Numbered from the stretch's first letter, positions 1 to 14,039 are shown. The stretch: 64,000 nucleotides of DNA from Eledone cirrhosa (GCA_964016885.1 OZ024745.1:10788001-10852000); one strand, 5' to 3'. The notes: generated by a model not told the origin, from the letters alone. Numbers and translations: made by a program.

Positions 1-35
<35 letters not shown>

Positions 36-171
36 GCTACTACTACTACTGTTACTACTACTACTATTGCTACTACTGCTACTACTACTACTGTTACTAC
101 TACTACTATTGCTACTACTACTGCTACTACTACTACTGTTACTACTACTACTACTACTGCTACTACTACTG

Positions 172-218
<47 letters not shown>

Positions 219-219
219 G

Positions 220-263
<44 letters not shown>

Positions 264-264
264 G

Positions 265-299
<35 letters not shown>

Positions 300-403
300 G
301 CTACTACTACTACTACTGCTACTACTATTACTGTTACTACTACTACTACTGCTACTACTACTACTACTATTGCTACTACTACTGCTACTACTACTACTAC
401 TGT

Positions 404-473
<70 letters not shown>

Positions 474-486
474 GCTACTACTACTG

Positions 487-563
<77 letters not shown>

Positions 564-574
564 ACTACTACTAT

Positions 575-650
<76 letters not shown>

Positions 651-801
651 GCTGCTGCTGCGGCTGCAAATGTCACCACCACCACCACCACCACCACCAC
701 CACCACCACCACCACCACCACCACCACCACCACCACCACCACCACCAACACCACCACCACCACCACCACCACCACCACCACCACCACCACCACCACCACC
801 A
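1..801. repeat. (CTA/CTG)n trinucleotide microsatellite followed by (CCA)n
   Basis: Directly visible; the poly-L/poly-P ORF 67..819 is its translation. Confidence 0.97.
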
Positions 802-1000
802 CTAGTACCGTTTCTTTAACTTCCGGTGGAGGAGGAGTCCTTCTCCCCACCGCCACACTTCTCTTTTTCATTCTTTCCTTTCTAATTAAAACCTCTTTTA
901 TATCGGAATCGGAAATTATTATTTTTTATTTTATAGCATCTATACCTTTTGTTTTCTATCTTGCAAAAAAAAAAAAAAAATAATCCCCAAGTTCAACATA

Positions 1001-4000
1001 GAGGCCTGGTGACCCACTGAGTAATTATAGAGGCCTGGTGACCCACTGAGTCATTATAGAGGCCTGGTAACCCACTGAGTAATTATACAGGCCTGGTAAC
1101 CCACTGAGTAATTATACAGGCCCGGTAACCCACTGAGTAATTATACAGGCCTGGTAACCCACTGAGTAATTATACAGGCCTGGTGACCCACTGAGTCATT
1201 ATACAGGCCTGGTAACCCATTGAGTAATTATACAGGCCTGGTAACCCACTGAGTAATTATACAGGCCTGGTAACCCATTGAGTAATTATACAGGCCTGGT
1301 GACCCATTGAGTGATTATACAGGCCTGGTAACCCACTGAGTAATTATACAGGCCTGGTGACCAATTGAGTAATTATACAGGCCTGGTAACCCACTGAGTA
1401 ATTATACAGGCCTGGTAACCTACTGAGTAATTATACAGGCCTGGTAACCCATTGAGTAATTATACAGGCCTGGTAACCCACTGAGTAATTATACAGACCT
1501 GGTGACCCATTGAGTAATTATACAGGCCTGGTAACCCACTGAGTAATTATACAGGTCTGGTGACCCATTGAGTAATTATACAGGCCGGGTAACCCACTGA
1601 GTAATTATACAGGCCTGGTGACCCATTGAGTGATTATACAGGCCTGGTAACCCACTGAGTAATTATACAGGCCTGGTGACCCACTGAGTGATTATACAGG
1701 CCTGGTAACCCACTGAGTAATTATACAAGCCTGGTGACCCACTGAGTAATTATACAGGCCTGGTAACCCACTGAGTGATTATACAGACCTGGTAACCCAC
1801 TGAGTAATTATACAGGCCTGGTGACCCACTGAGTAATTATACAGGCCTGGTAACCCACTGAGTGATTATACAGGCCTGGTAACCCACTGAGTAATTATAC
1901 AGGCCTGGTGACCCATTGAGTGATTATACAGGCCTGGTAACCAATTGAGTGATTATACAGGCCTGGTGACCCACTGAGTGATTATACAGGCCTGGTAACC
2001 CACTGAGTAATTATACAGGCCTGGTGACCCACTGAGTAATTATACAGGCCTGGTAACCCACTGAGTCATTATACAGGCCTGGTAACCCACTGAGTAATTA
2101 TACAGGCCTGGTGAACCATTGAGTGATTATACAGGCCTGGTCACCCACTGAGTGATTATACAGGCCTGGTAACCCACTGAGTAATTATACAGGCCTGGTG
2201 ACCCACTGAGTAATTATACAGGCCTGGTAACCCACTGAGTGATTATACAGGCCTGGTAACCCACTGAGTAATTATACAGGCCTGGTGACCCATTAAGTGA
2301 TTATACAGGCCGGGTAACCCACTGAGTAATTATACAGGCCTGGTGACCCACTGAGTGATTATACAGACCTGGTAACCCACTGAGTAATTATACAGGCCTG
2401 ATAACCCACTGAGTAATTATACAGGCCTGGTGAACCATTGAGTGATTATACAGGCCTGGTAACCCACCGAGTAATTATACAGGCCTGGTGACCCATTGAG
2501 TAATTATACAGGCCTGGTAACCCACTGAGTAATTATACAGGCCTGGTAACCCACTGAGTAATTATACAGGCCTGGTAACCCATTGAGTAATTATACAGGC
2601 CTGGTAACCCACTGAGTAATTATACAGGTCTGGTGACCCATTGAGTAATTATACAGGCCTGGTAACCCACTGAGTAATTATACAGGCCTGGTGACCCATT
2701 GAGTGATTATACAGGCCTGGTAACCCACTGAGTAATTATACAGGCCTGGTGACCCACTGAGTGATTATACAGACCTGGTAACCCACTGAGTCATTATACA
2801 GGCCTGGTAACCCACTGAGTAATTATACAGGCCTGGTGACCCATTGAGTTATTATACAGGCCTGGTCACCCACTGAGTGATTATACAGGCCTGGTAACCC
2901 ACTGAGTAATTATACAGGCATGGTAACCCACTGAGTAATTATACAGGCATGGTAACCCACTGAGTAATTATACAGGCCTGGTAACCCACTGAGTGATTAT
3001 ACAGGCCCGGTAACCCACTGAGTAATTATACAGGCCTGGTGACCCACTGAGTAATTATACAGGCCTGGTAACCCACTGAGTGATTATACAGGCCTGGTAA
3101 CCCACTGAGTAATTATACAGGCCTGGTGACCCATTAAGTGATTATACAGGCCGGGTAACCCACTGAGTAATTATACAGGCCTGGTGACCCACTGAGTGAT
3201 TATACAGGCCTGGTAACCCACTGAGTAATTATACAGGTCTGATAACCCACTGAGTAATTATACAGACCTGGTGACCCACTGAGTAATTATACAGGCCTGG
3301 TGACCCACTGAGTGATTATACAGGCCGGGTAACACACTGAGTGATTATACAGGCCTGGTAACCCATTGAGTAATTATACAGGCCTGGTGACCCACTGAGT
3401 AATTATACAGGCCTGGTGACCCACTGAGTGATTATACAGACCTGGTAACCCACTGAGTAATTATACAAGCCTGGTGACCCACTGAGTAATTATACAGGCC
3501 TGGTGACCCACTGAGTGATTATACAGGCCGGGTAACCCACTGAGTGATTATACAGGCCTGGTAACCCATTGAGTAATTATACAGACATGGTGACCCACTG
3601 AGTAATTATACAGGCCTGGTGACCCACTGAGTCATTATACAGGCCTGGTAACCCACTGAGTGATTATACAGGCCTGGTAACCCACTGAGTAATTATACAG
3701 GCCTGGTGACCCACTGAGTAATTATACAGACCTGGTGACCCACTGAGTCATTATACAGGCCTGGTAACCCATTGAGTAATTATACAGGCCTGATAACCCA
3801 CTGAGTAATTATACAGACCTGGTGACCCACTGAGTCATTATACAGACCTGGTAACCCATTGAGTAATTATACAGGCCTGATAACCCATTGAGTAATTATA
3901 CAGGCCTGGTAACCCACTGAGTAATAATACAGGCATGGTAACCCACTGAGTAATTATACAGGCCTGGTAACCCACTGAGTAATTATACAGGCCTGGTAAC

Positions 4001-4535
4001 CCATTGAGTAATCATACAGGCCTGGTAACCCACTGAGTAATTATACAGGCCTGGTAACCCACTGAGTAATTATACAGGCCTGGTGACCCACTGAGTGATT
4101 ATACAGACCTGGTAACACACTGAGTGATTATACAGGCATGGTAACCCACTGAGTAATTATACAGGCCTGGTAACCCACTGAGTGATTATACAGGCCTGGT
4201 AACCCACTGAGTAATTATACAGGCCTGGTGACCCATTGAGTGATTATACAGGCCCGGTAACCCATTGAGTGATTATACAGGCCTGGTAACCCACTGAGTG
4301 ATTATACAGGCCTGGTAACCCACTGAGTGATTATACAGGCCTGGTAACCCACTGAGTGATTATACAGGCCTGGTAACCCACTGAGTAATTATACAGGCCT
4401 GGTAACCCACTGAGTGATTATACAGGCCTGGTAAGCCACTGAGTAATTATACAGGCCTGGTGACCCATTGAGTGATTATACAGGCCTGGTAACCCACTGA
4501 GTGATTATACAGGCCTGGTAACCCACTGAGTGATT
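1001..4535. repeat. 29-bp tandem satellite, about 120 copies (AGGCCTGGTAACCCACTGAGTAATTATAC)
   Basis: Head-to-tail 29-bp period with point variants and no unique spacers. Confidence 0.97.
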
Positions 4536-5382
4536 AAGTCACATTTAGAATATTTCCATTGTAGTCTTCTTAAATCAACGCAGCAGAGAGAATTCCTTTC
4601 CAGCAGAGAATTCAAATTCAACACAAGACAACAAAATATTTCTTATTTTTACGGGCGTCCATTTGCTCCTAATAGCGAGGGATGGGGAGAGCGGGAGAAA
4701 CGGAGGCAGTGATAGTTTGGTTCCTTTGTTTTCAGACCTGGTGTATATGTATATATATTTATTTACCCTACCACATGTTACATATACACACGCGAATAGG
4801 TTTTTACATTGCTATTACTGTTCAGAGTATTTACAACTGAGGGAATTGAGTGAACGAGATTTACCGAGATTTAAAACAAGCTAACATCACAATACCTAAT
4901 CTAGCAACAATTTTTAAATATTGTATAGTCCCGTAAATTTTGACAATTCTTGAAATATCTTTTATTAAATTTTTGTGTTTTCAACATGGAATTCATCTCC
5001 CTTATGGCAGCCACTCAATCTGAAGCCAAGTCTGACAATTCATATTTTCCTATTTCTGTTTTATTTTTATAAGTTATTATTTGTTCTAAATAACAGTTAT
5101 TGATTTGTTATCTCTCATAAGATGATTGTTTATTTAAAAATAAAATACATATTCAGTAATGTCTGCTGGTGGGAATTCCATATTTATAATCCAGTGTTTG
5201 ATATTGTAGAATACTTCTCGTCGATTGATTTTCTCTCTGTGACCATTCTTTAAATTGTCTTCACGTTTCCATTCCTTTTTATTATCTTTTTAATGTCCAC
5301 GTTCGCTTTCAATTCATACAAATGGTTTCTTCCAACAATCCCAACTTGAGAATGAATGAATAAATTGTTGCTTTATGTATCT

Positions 5383-5486
<104 letters not shown>

Positions 5487-5698
5487 GTTTTCTAAAGATT
5501 TTCTGCTAATTGGCAGAGGAGATCCACTGTGATTAGATAAATTGGCAGAAACGGGTAAGAAATACAGATTGTTTATAACTTCTAACTGAACATTGAATCT
5601 AAGTTTTGAACCAAGGTATTAAACAACGGTGACAGCAACCAGAACAACGACGACGGCAACAACAATGACAAGAACAACAACAAACAAAACGAAAGACG

Positions 5699-5795
<97 letters not shown>

Positions 5796-5796
<1 letters not shown>

Positions 5797-6269
5797 TAGC
5801 AGATGTACCCGGCGTTGCTCGGGAAATGAATGACAGCCTGTTTGTCGGTATAAAGAGAGCCGAAGGTTGAGCAAAGAATTGAAATGTAATTGTAAAAAAA
5901 AGTTTAACATCGTACCAGAAAGCTTCAAAATACAACGTACAGAAAGTTTCAAAATACTCGTACAGTTGATTGAGTAACGTCGTGCTAGCAAACGTATTTC
6001 TCACAGGAATATGCACGGTATATGTTCAGTCATGTTGACTAATGTTAGTTGCGTAGTCCAATTAGAAATCGCGACCTTCAATCGGGCGAATTATTCAAGG
6101 TCGTTTATGGCTTAGCTAGCAATTTCTGAGTGCATGTCAGCTTATGTCAGCTAATTGGCTAGCCAATGAGAGGTCGCCTCAATAGCACGTGCCAAATCGG
6201 CCTAGTACTTCAAAAGTTAAAAGGAGCCTAGTACACAGACAGAAACACACACACACACAGACCGACTTG

Positions 6270-6310
<41 letters not shown>
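5796..6310 (-). mobile_element. Non-autonomous Helitron-like element inserted in (AT)n
   Basis: Minus strand ends in the hairpin CCCGAGCAACGCCGGG plus CTAG|T. The other end reads (TA)n-AAGC...GTCTGT repeats. Same architecture as 46820-47346. Confidence 0.75.
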
Positions 6311-6312
<2 letters not shown>

Positions 6313-6381
6313 GTGAAAGAGTGAGGAATAACATGGTCGGCTGTACAAAAAGTGTTTTATTTACGGTATTAACAATTGTTT

Positions 6382-6733
6382 TGTAGCAGTTGTCTCCCTT
6401 GTTTGGATTAACATCTAGACGGGAAGTAGAACCCTTTCTGTAACTTCCGGTCAGAACCCTATAAAACTAACAACTTTAAGTTCTCACTCTCTCATTGCCC
6501 TTTCGGCACCAGGCCAAGAGCCTCTCATTTGGCCTTCCGGCGCCTGGCCTTAGCCAGGCGTCCTCTGCCAGCCGCGTTTGCCTGGCAATCAAAACGGTAA
6601 CGACTAACTTTGTTTCATTCTATCATCTATTTCTTTGACATGTTAACTATACTATCTACCATTGTTAATTAAATATTATACACACAAACAATGTATTTCT
6701 TGTTACATTCATACACCCAGTACTCTCGCTATA
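6382..6733 (+). repeat. 5' LTR
   Basis: Direct repeat of 8332-8684 with only a handful of differences; contains TATAAAA and a GC-rich hairpin. Confidence 0.92.
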
Positions 6734-6734
6734 T

Positions 6735-6766
6735 TGGTAACCCTGACGTGATACGAACACGCAGCC
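6735..6766 (+). other. Primer-binding site complementary to the tRNA-Trp 3' end, extended to about 32 nt
   Basis: TGGTAACCCTGACGTGATACGAACACGCAGCC versus the recalled reverse complement of metazoan tRNA-Trp, TGGTGACCCCGACGTGATTCGAACACGCAGCC (3 mismatches). Confidence 0.8.
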
Positions 6767-7874
6767 GTTCATCGCTATAAGTGGTCACCCCGAAAAAAGA
6801 AAAAGATAGCAGATTCTGGAGTTGTGTGAGTAACATTACGAATACACAGCAAATTTATCGACAAACTATGAAAATACTCAAAGAAACGGACACGCACATG
6901 TGAAATTTTCGCACAGACAGACTTTTTCTCTCACGCATCAACTAACTGTCGTATTTCACGATATATATACATGTTTTTCGTTTCTTACAACGAACACTTT
7001 CACCCAAAAAATAAAAAAACATTTCACGATATATATATGTTTCTCGTTTCTTACAACGAACTCTTTCAAAAAAAAAAAAAAAAATTTGATATTCTTTAAA
7101 AAACATTTCAACAGGAACATTTATTTTCGATGAACCATTGCATTTTTTTTTTCATCGTTTTCTTCATCGTTCAAGTTTTTTTTTTTCCAAAGTTCACACC
7201 AATAATTATGCAGAGTGAAGCCTTTCTTTTTCATCATTGTCACTTTCACACTTGCACTATCATTTTCTCGCGCGTTAGAAATATTATTTTTTCAACCTTG
7301 TATTGGCACGTGTAGGCAGCACAAATTCTCGACTCACAGAGATAGCCGCACGCCAGAGATAACGTTTCTCGCCAAGGATTCTTCAGCCTTAAGCTATATT
7401 CTCCTATTTGCCGGTTTAAAAATTTACTACGTAAATTTGCCGTTGAAAACTGCGCATTTATTCAGAATGCTTATTTCTTTGGTCGCTGGCCTCTTGACCC
7501 TTCCAGGTCAACGCATTCTCAACATCGACCATCAACTTCGGCTGCTATTTCTAGCACTTTGCGCAACTCATTTTTTCTGAAAAATTTTCTTTTTTACTGT
7601 GAATTTAAACACCGAATACGCTCACTCAGCGAGACAACAGCAGCAGCAACAGCAACAGCAATATAACAGCAACAGCAGCAGCAACAGCAACAGCAATATA
7701 ACAGCAACAGCAGCAGAAACAGCAACAGCAATATAACAGCAACAGCAATACAGCAGCAACAGCAATACAGCAGCAACAGCAGCAGCAACACCAACAGCAA
7801 TATAACAGCAACAGCAGCAGCAACAGCAACAGCAATATAACAGCAACAGCAATACAGCAGCAACAGCAATACAG

Positions 7875-7906
<32 letters not shown>

Positions 7907-8331
7907 GCAATACATCAACACAGCTTCACCAACAACCAAAGCCAGAGAATTTATTTTTGCAGCACTCTTCCTGTGAGAAAATCCATTCGGAGGTTGGAAA
8001 TTTCACGATATACCACAGAACAGAAACCACCTGCATTCATTCTCTGGAACACACTTTCTTTCCTGCTGTTATGTGATTGCACACCTGTGAACTATATTTT
8101 GTATATTTGAACTTTGAGCCCTTCTCTTACTTTATTACATTGTATCTTTGGGTGATGGATAGATAGATGTCCAGTCGTTCTCTGGCCAAGAGCGGTTGGC
8201 TACCTTGACATCTATCATTGATTTTTGCAAACATTCTGTTGTCGTAATTTTCATGCCTGTTACAACATTCTCGCCAACTCGCTACATATTTCAATTCGAT
8301 TTTTATATTCTAAAATTCTGGCGGGAGGTTA

Positions 8332-8684
8332 TGTAGCGGTTGTCTCCCTTGTTTGGATTAACATCTAGACGGGAAGTAGAACCCTTTCTGTAACTTCCGG
8401 TCAGAACCCTATAAAACTAACAACTTTAAATTCTCACTCTCTCATTGCCCTTTCGGCACCAGGCCAAGAGCCTCTCATTTGGCCTTCCGGCGCCTGGCCT
8501 TAGCCAGGCGTCCTCTGCCAGCCACGTTTGCCTGGCAATCAAAACGGTAACGACTAACTTTGTTTCATTCTATCATCTATTTCTTTGACATGTTAACTAT
8601 ACTATCTACCATTGTTAATTAAATATTATACACACAAACAATGTATTTCTTGTTACATTCATACAACCCAGTATCTTCGCTATA
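8332..8684 (+). repeat. 3' LTR
   Basis: Direct repeat of 6382-6733, followed by TSD GTTT. Confidence 0.92.
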
Positions 8685-8964
8685 GTTTCATTGATCAGGT
8701 GAGTCTAAAGGCCGCTGATCACTCGGAATTGCGTCACGCGACCTTAAACACAGTGTGTGTCTCTGATCAAATCATCGGAATACTGGAGGGTGTAACACAT
8801 GGCATTGGTAACTTAAGGAACCTTAAACAAACAACAGATAGCAAAAACTGACATGGACCTAATAGAGGAGAAGAGTTTAAATGATTTATTTAAGTGAAAT
8901 AGTAACTGTGATTCCCCAGTTTCACTGGCATCAACGGCTTGAAATTACTACCCCGTGGTGGGTG

Positions 8965-9165
8965 GTGGGTTAGCAGAATTGGTAGAACGAACGATCAAAT
9001 ACTAATGTCGTATTTGTTCTGACTCTTTACATTCTGAGTTCAAATACCGCCGAAATAAAATTTTGCCTTTCATCCTTCTGGGATCTATAAAATAAAGTAC
9101 CAGTCATATACTGAGTGATTTATTTAACTTTGCCCATCCCCTAAATTTGCTGGCCTAAATTCGAA
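8965..9165 (+). mobile_element. tRNA-derived SINE copy (Meta-domain-like core)
   Basis: A-box-like TAGCAGAATTGG, B-box GAGTTCAAATAC, core GCCTTTCATCCTT...ATAAAATAAAGTACCAG; many related copies in the window. Confidence 0.75.
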
Positions 9166-9274
9166 ATCACTAACTACCCCGTGGCATGTTCGACAATATT
9201 TATGTTATTAAAATTACATCCTGCTGCCATATTTCCGACAACTTGTTACTTCCGGTGGTGACATGACTTCCGTG

Positions 9275-9405
9275 TTTTGTTGCTGAAGAATGAAAGACAA
9301 AGCTAACCTCGACGGGGGTTAAACTGAGGACGTAAAGGGAGGTAACTCTATGCCATGAAGCACGGTGTCCGACGCTCTACCGATTCTACTGCCAATCCAC
9401 CGCCC
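9275..9405 (-). mobile_element. SINE fragment, same family, reverse orientation
   Basis: Reverse complement resembles the head and core of 8965-9165. Confidence 0.6.
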
Positions 9406-9705
9406 TCACATCAACTAAATAATAAACAAGTTAGTTATATTACCAAATATTATTTTGAAACTTATTTGGAAATCCCTGCCAGTGTTTTTCAAAAGAAATA
9501 TGTCAACTAATGAGTTAAACATTGTCTCAAAGATATAACCAATGCCGACTCTTCCTGATATTACAAGAGCTAGCAAGGTCAATATTTAGTTCACAGTATA
9601 CCTAACTTTATCTCATTTATTGATTCTTTTTTTTAAATATTTCAGCATTTTATTTTGTTTTAACTTTTCGGATTTACAGCATTCGTTGCTTTCTTAACCT
9701 TCCTT

Positions 9706-10135
9706 CCTACCTACCTACCTACCTACCTACCTACCTACCTACCTACCTACCTACCTACCTACCTACCTACCTACTTATCTATCTACCTACCTACCTACCT
9801 ACCTACCTACCTACCTACCTACCTACCTACTTATCTATCTACCTACCTACTTACCTACCTACCTACCTACCTACCTACCTACCTACCTACCTACCTACCT
9901 ACCTACCTACCTACCTACCTACCTACCTACCTACCTACCTACATACATACCTACCTACCTACTTATCTATCTACCTACCTACTTACCTACCTACCTACCT
10001 ACCTACCTACCTACCTACCTACCTACCTACCTACCTACCTACCTGCCTACCTACCTACCTACCTACCTACCTACCTACCTACCTACCTACCTACCTACCT
10101 ACCTACCCACCTCCCTACCTACCTACCTATCTGTC

Positions 10136-10216
<81 letters not shown>
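9706..10216. repeat. (CCTA)n then (TATC)n tetranucleotide microsatellites
   Basis: Directly visible. Confidence 0.97.
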
Positions 10217-10218
<2 letters not shown>

Positions 10219-11565
10219 CTACCGCCTGACCGTAGTGCCCTGCCCAAGGGAAACCCTCACCAAGATGGAGCGCGCGCTCTTCCAATTCCTTTGGAAGAGG
10301 CGGGCTCCTATGGTGAGGAGATCCATCTGCTGTCAACACCCTTCGAAAGGAGGGCTGGGGATGCCGTGGCTAATGATGCGTAAACACGCATTAAGGCTAC
10401 GGCACCTCTACGTATTCCTCACCGGTCAACCGGTGTGGGCCTCGTTTGTGATACGAACCTTTCCCAGACTCGTCTCACTCACCGAACTGCAATCCTGGGT
10501 CAAGCAAAGACCGAGAAAACTGGGCGCCTGGCACACTGAGTGTGCCCAGGCGCTCACCGCCCTCTGGCAGGCGGATCCGGTTATCAGTGGAGACTCCACC
10601 GCAACATTCTATAGAGGGCTGGTACGAAGCAGGTGCGACGACGCCCTCGGAGAAGCCCTAGACATGGAGGAGGACGAACTGGCCAGCCTTTTCGGTAGGG
10701 CATTCAGCCCAGGACCTATGGACAACTTCCAGAAGTCCCTGGCCTGGCAGTGCTACCGAGGGGCTCTACCCGTTCGAGAAAAGCTCTACAGACACGGGCG
10801 CCCGGGTAGGGACCCCGCCAAAAAGATCTGTCCCAGATGCGTGTGCGACGAGGAAACCGTTGCACACGCATTGGTACACTGCTCGGGCGTAGCCGATCTG
10901 TGGGGCTATGTCGAACAACTGCTGTCAAGGGTGGGACCGATCCGGTTGACCACCGAGTCTATTGTAATAATCAAGCCGCCTCCCCCCTTCAAAGATGAAG
11001 GAGAGGCGGTGTTTCTGTGCGTAATAGCCATGGTGAAAGAAGTTGTATGGTGGACGCGTCTGAAAGGACTGAGGTCAGGCACCTTTCTCTCTGGCCAACA
11101 ACTGGTCCGTTTCTTCCGATATCATTTCGGAAGAAGGATCAGGATGGAGAGAGAGGTGCTCCACCCCAGTCGTTTTTATGAAAGGTGGGTGAAAGTGGCG
11201 AGAATGGCCCGTGTGAATGGACCTTCTCGTTACATAAGCCTGTAGGTGGAAAAGAGGAAGGAACGAGGGAGCACCCCCTCTCTGTGCTCCTGAGGAAAAG
11301 GGTTGAACACTTTTTTCGGGGGTGTGTGCGACCCCCCAAGGCGCCTCCTCTCTATTGAGGATTTTGTTATAAATTTTATTTTTTGTTATATTTTTATAAC
11401 AAAATCCTCTATTGAGGATTTTGTTATAATTCTATTTTTTGTTATATTTTATTTTATTTTTATATATTGTTATTGCCTCCTCCCTATTGAGGACGCCTTG
11501 TTTTGTAAACTCCCCCCATTGTACTTGTCCCACTTTTGATGCCCTTGTGGCAAATAAAAGAAACA
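10214..11565 (+). mobile_element. 5'-truncated L1/Tx1-type LINE: ORF2 C-terminus (ORF 10235-11245) plus 3' UTR
   Basis: Motifs KGGLGMP and CPRC-x6-ETVAHALVHC zinc knuckle (zf-RVT-like); the 3' UTR ends AATAAAAGAAA directly into (TATC)n. Confidence 0.88.
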
Positions 11566-11624
<59 letters not shown>

Positions 11625-11722
11625 TCCATCTGTGATAACATTTTACACGTTTTTATTGTATGTAAACTTCCCCCTTTGTATTTGTCCCCTTCTTTTGTGC
11701 CCCTGTGGCTAATAAAGAAATA
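11625..11722 (+). mobile_element. Short 3' UTR-only copy of the same L1/Tx1 family
   Basis: TTGTCCCCTTCTTTTGTGCCCCTGTGGCTAATAAAGAAA is shared with the other copies; flanked by (TATC)n. Confidence 0.8.
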
Positions 11723-11767
<45 letters not shown>

Positions 11768-13997
11768 CTGGGCTGCCGCGGGAAACGCAAGTCACCCGGT
11801 CTAGATGGTCTACCCTATGAGTTTTACATAGGCATGCCGGATTTGTTCTCTGGTGTCCTCGAAGCCGTCTACTGCAATTGGCAGCAGAAGGGGACAATTC
11901 CCAGTTCTGCAGGCAGGGGCGTAGTAACGCTGATCAGGAAAGACGAGAACAAGGGGGATGAACTAAGCAACTTTAGGCTCATAACTCTACTCAACACAGA
12001 GTTAAAGATTTTGGCCAAGGTGTTGGCAACGAGGTTGGCGCTTGTCGTCGGGAACCTGGTAGGGAAAGCGCAAACGTGTGCAATCCCGACCAGGTCCATA
12101 CATGACAACCTCCACCTCATCCGATACATCATAGAGAGGGTGGGGTGTAAACCCGGCTTCTGTGGGGCTCTGATCAATTTAGATCAGTCTAAGGCGTTCG
12201 ATAGGGTCGACCATCGATACTCGGAAGCGGTTTTCAAGGCGGCCGGTTTGGGACCCGTCTTCGGAGGCTGGATCGCTGCAATGCACACCAACATCTGCTC
12301 GACGGCCAAAGTGAACGGCTACCTATCGGAGCCGTTCACAATCACGCGTTCCATCCGACAGGGATGCCCTCTCTCCTCCATTCTGTACGTGCTGACTCTG
12401 GAACCACTACTGCGGAAGTTGGAGCTGCTGCAGGGCATCCCGTTGGAACCGGGACTGCGGAAAGCGGCGTCGGCTTATGCCGACGACATGACAGTAATGG
12501 TGTCGAAAACCTCGGAAATCGGCAACTTACTGCAGGAATACGAAAGGCTCACAGGAGCAAAACTGAACTCGGACAAGTCTGTCGGTTTGCAACCCAGAGG
12601 CAAACCGATGCCGTCCGACAGCGTCGTCGGACGCTGGACGGACGGACCGGTGAAATTGCTCGGGGTCTGGTTCGGTCCGGACCTCCAGGTCGAGAAAAAC
12701 TGGAACGAGGTCACGGCTAAGGTATTTGCGCTCACCCAGAAGTGGGCAGAGTGCAAACTGTCCTTGAAAGGTCGAGCGGTGGTGGCGAACACTTTCATAG
12801 CGTCCGTCATCTACTACCGCTTGACCGTCGTGCCTTGTCCCCGTAAACACCCCACCAAGATGGAACGCATGCTCTTGCAGTTCCTTTGGAAGAAGCAGGC
12901 TCCACTGGTGAGGAGATCCGTCTGCTGTCAGCACCCTTCCAGCGGAGGCCTGGGAATGCCGTGGCTGATGATGCGCAAACATGCGCTGAGGCTACGGCAT
13001 CTACAGGTATTCCCCACCGACCAACCGGTGTGGGCACCGTTTGTGAGACAGGCCTTCCCGCAACGTGTCTCGCTGACGGAGCTGCAGTCCTGGATCAAGC
13101 GGAGACGGAAAAAGATGGGCGCCTTGCACATTGAATGCGCTCAGGCGCTCACAGTCCTCTGTCAAGCGGGCACGGCAATCAGTGGAGACTCCACTTCGAC
13201 ATTCTATAGAGGGTTAGAACGTCACAAGGGCGACGACGTGCTCGGAGAGACTCTAGGCGTCGAAAACGACGAACTCACCAGTCTGTTTGGTAGGACTTTC
13301 CGCCCGGACAACTTCCAGAGGTCCCTGGCCTGGCATTGCTACCGAGGAGCTCTACCAGTTCGTGACAAGATCTACAGGCAGGGATCCTTCCAAGAGGACG
13401 TGTCCAAGATGCGGGCAGGACATTGAAACTGTTTTGCACGCAATTGTAAACTGTAACCGACCTGTGGAACTAAGCAGAACAACTGCTGTCGCGTATGGGA
13501 CAAATCCAGTTGACTGCCGAGTCCATAGTAAGGATCAAACCGCCAACCTCCTTCAAAAACGAAAGAGAGGCGGTTTTCCTCTGTATAGTGGCTATGGTGA
13601 AAGAAGTTATATGGTGGACGAGGTTGAGAGAACTGAAGACAGATGCCCTTCTCTCCGGACAACAACAATTCATTCCCTTCTTTAAATATCACTTTAGAAG
13701 GAGAATCACAGTGGAGAGAGAGGCATTGTGATTGGGCCTTCTCTGTATATAAACCTGTAGGTTAAAGAAGAGAGCAAAAGGAAGAAAGGTGCACTTGCAC
13801 AACATGCTCCTGAAGTTGACGGTTGTTCTATCTACGGGGTATTAAACAACCCTTTTGTGGCGCCTCCCCTCTATTGGGGATTTCAGTTGTTAAATTTGTT
13901 TGTTTCAATATTTTTACACGACTGTATGTAAAATCCCCGGCATGTGTCTTTGTTCTGTCCCCTTTTCTTGTGCGCCCTTGTGGCTAATAAAGAAATA
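11768..13997 (+). mobile_element. 5'-truncated L1/Tx1-type LINE with reverse transcriptase domain; frameshifted after about 13380
   Basis: KSPGLDG, FRLITLLN, DQSKAFDRVDH, IRQGCPLS, YADD, GGLGMP, then CPRC...ETVLHAIVNC in a shifted frame; 3' UTR ends AATAAAGAAA. Confidence 0.93.
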
Positions 13998-14039
13998 TAT
14001 CAATTTAATTGTGCTTACACACGCGCGCACTCATTTACG

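Larger units (their letters stand above)
6382..8684 (+). mobile_element. Complete non-autonomous LTR retrotransposon (Gypsy-like termini; non-coding ~1.6-kb interior containing a CAG/CAA microsatellite)
   Basis: Near-identical direct repeats at 6382-6733 and 8332-8684 (TGTAGC...CGCTATA). 4-bp TSD GTTT at 6378-6381 and 8685-8688. PBS after the 5' LTR and a purine-rich tract GGCGGGAGG before the 3' LTR. Confidence 0.92.

Noticed and set aside
67-819. Poly-Leu/poly-Pro ORF
   Set aside because: Translation of trinucleotide microsatellites.
1001-4535. 29-bp repeats as a CRISPR array
   Set aside because: Units are contiguous with no unique spacers, there are no cas genes, and the context is eukaryotic.
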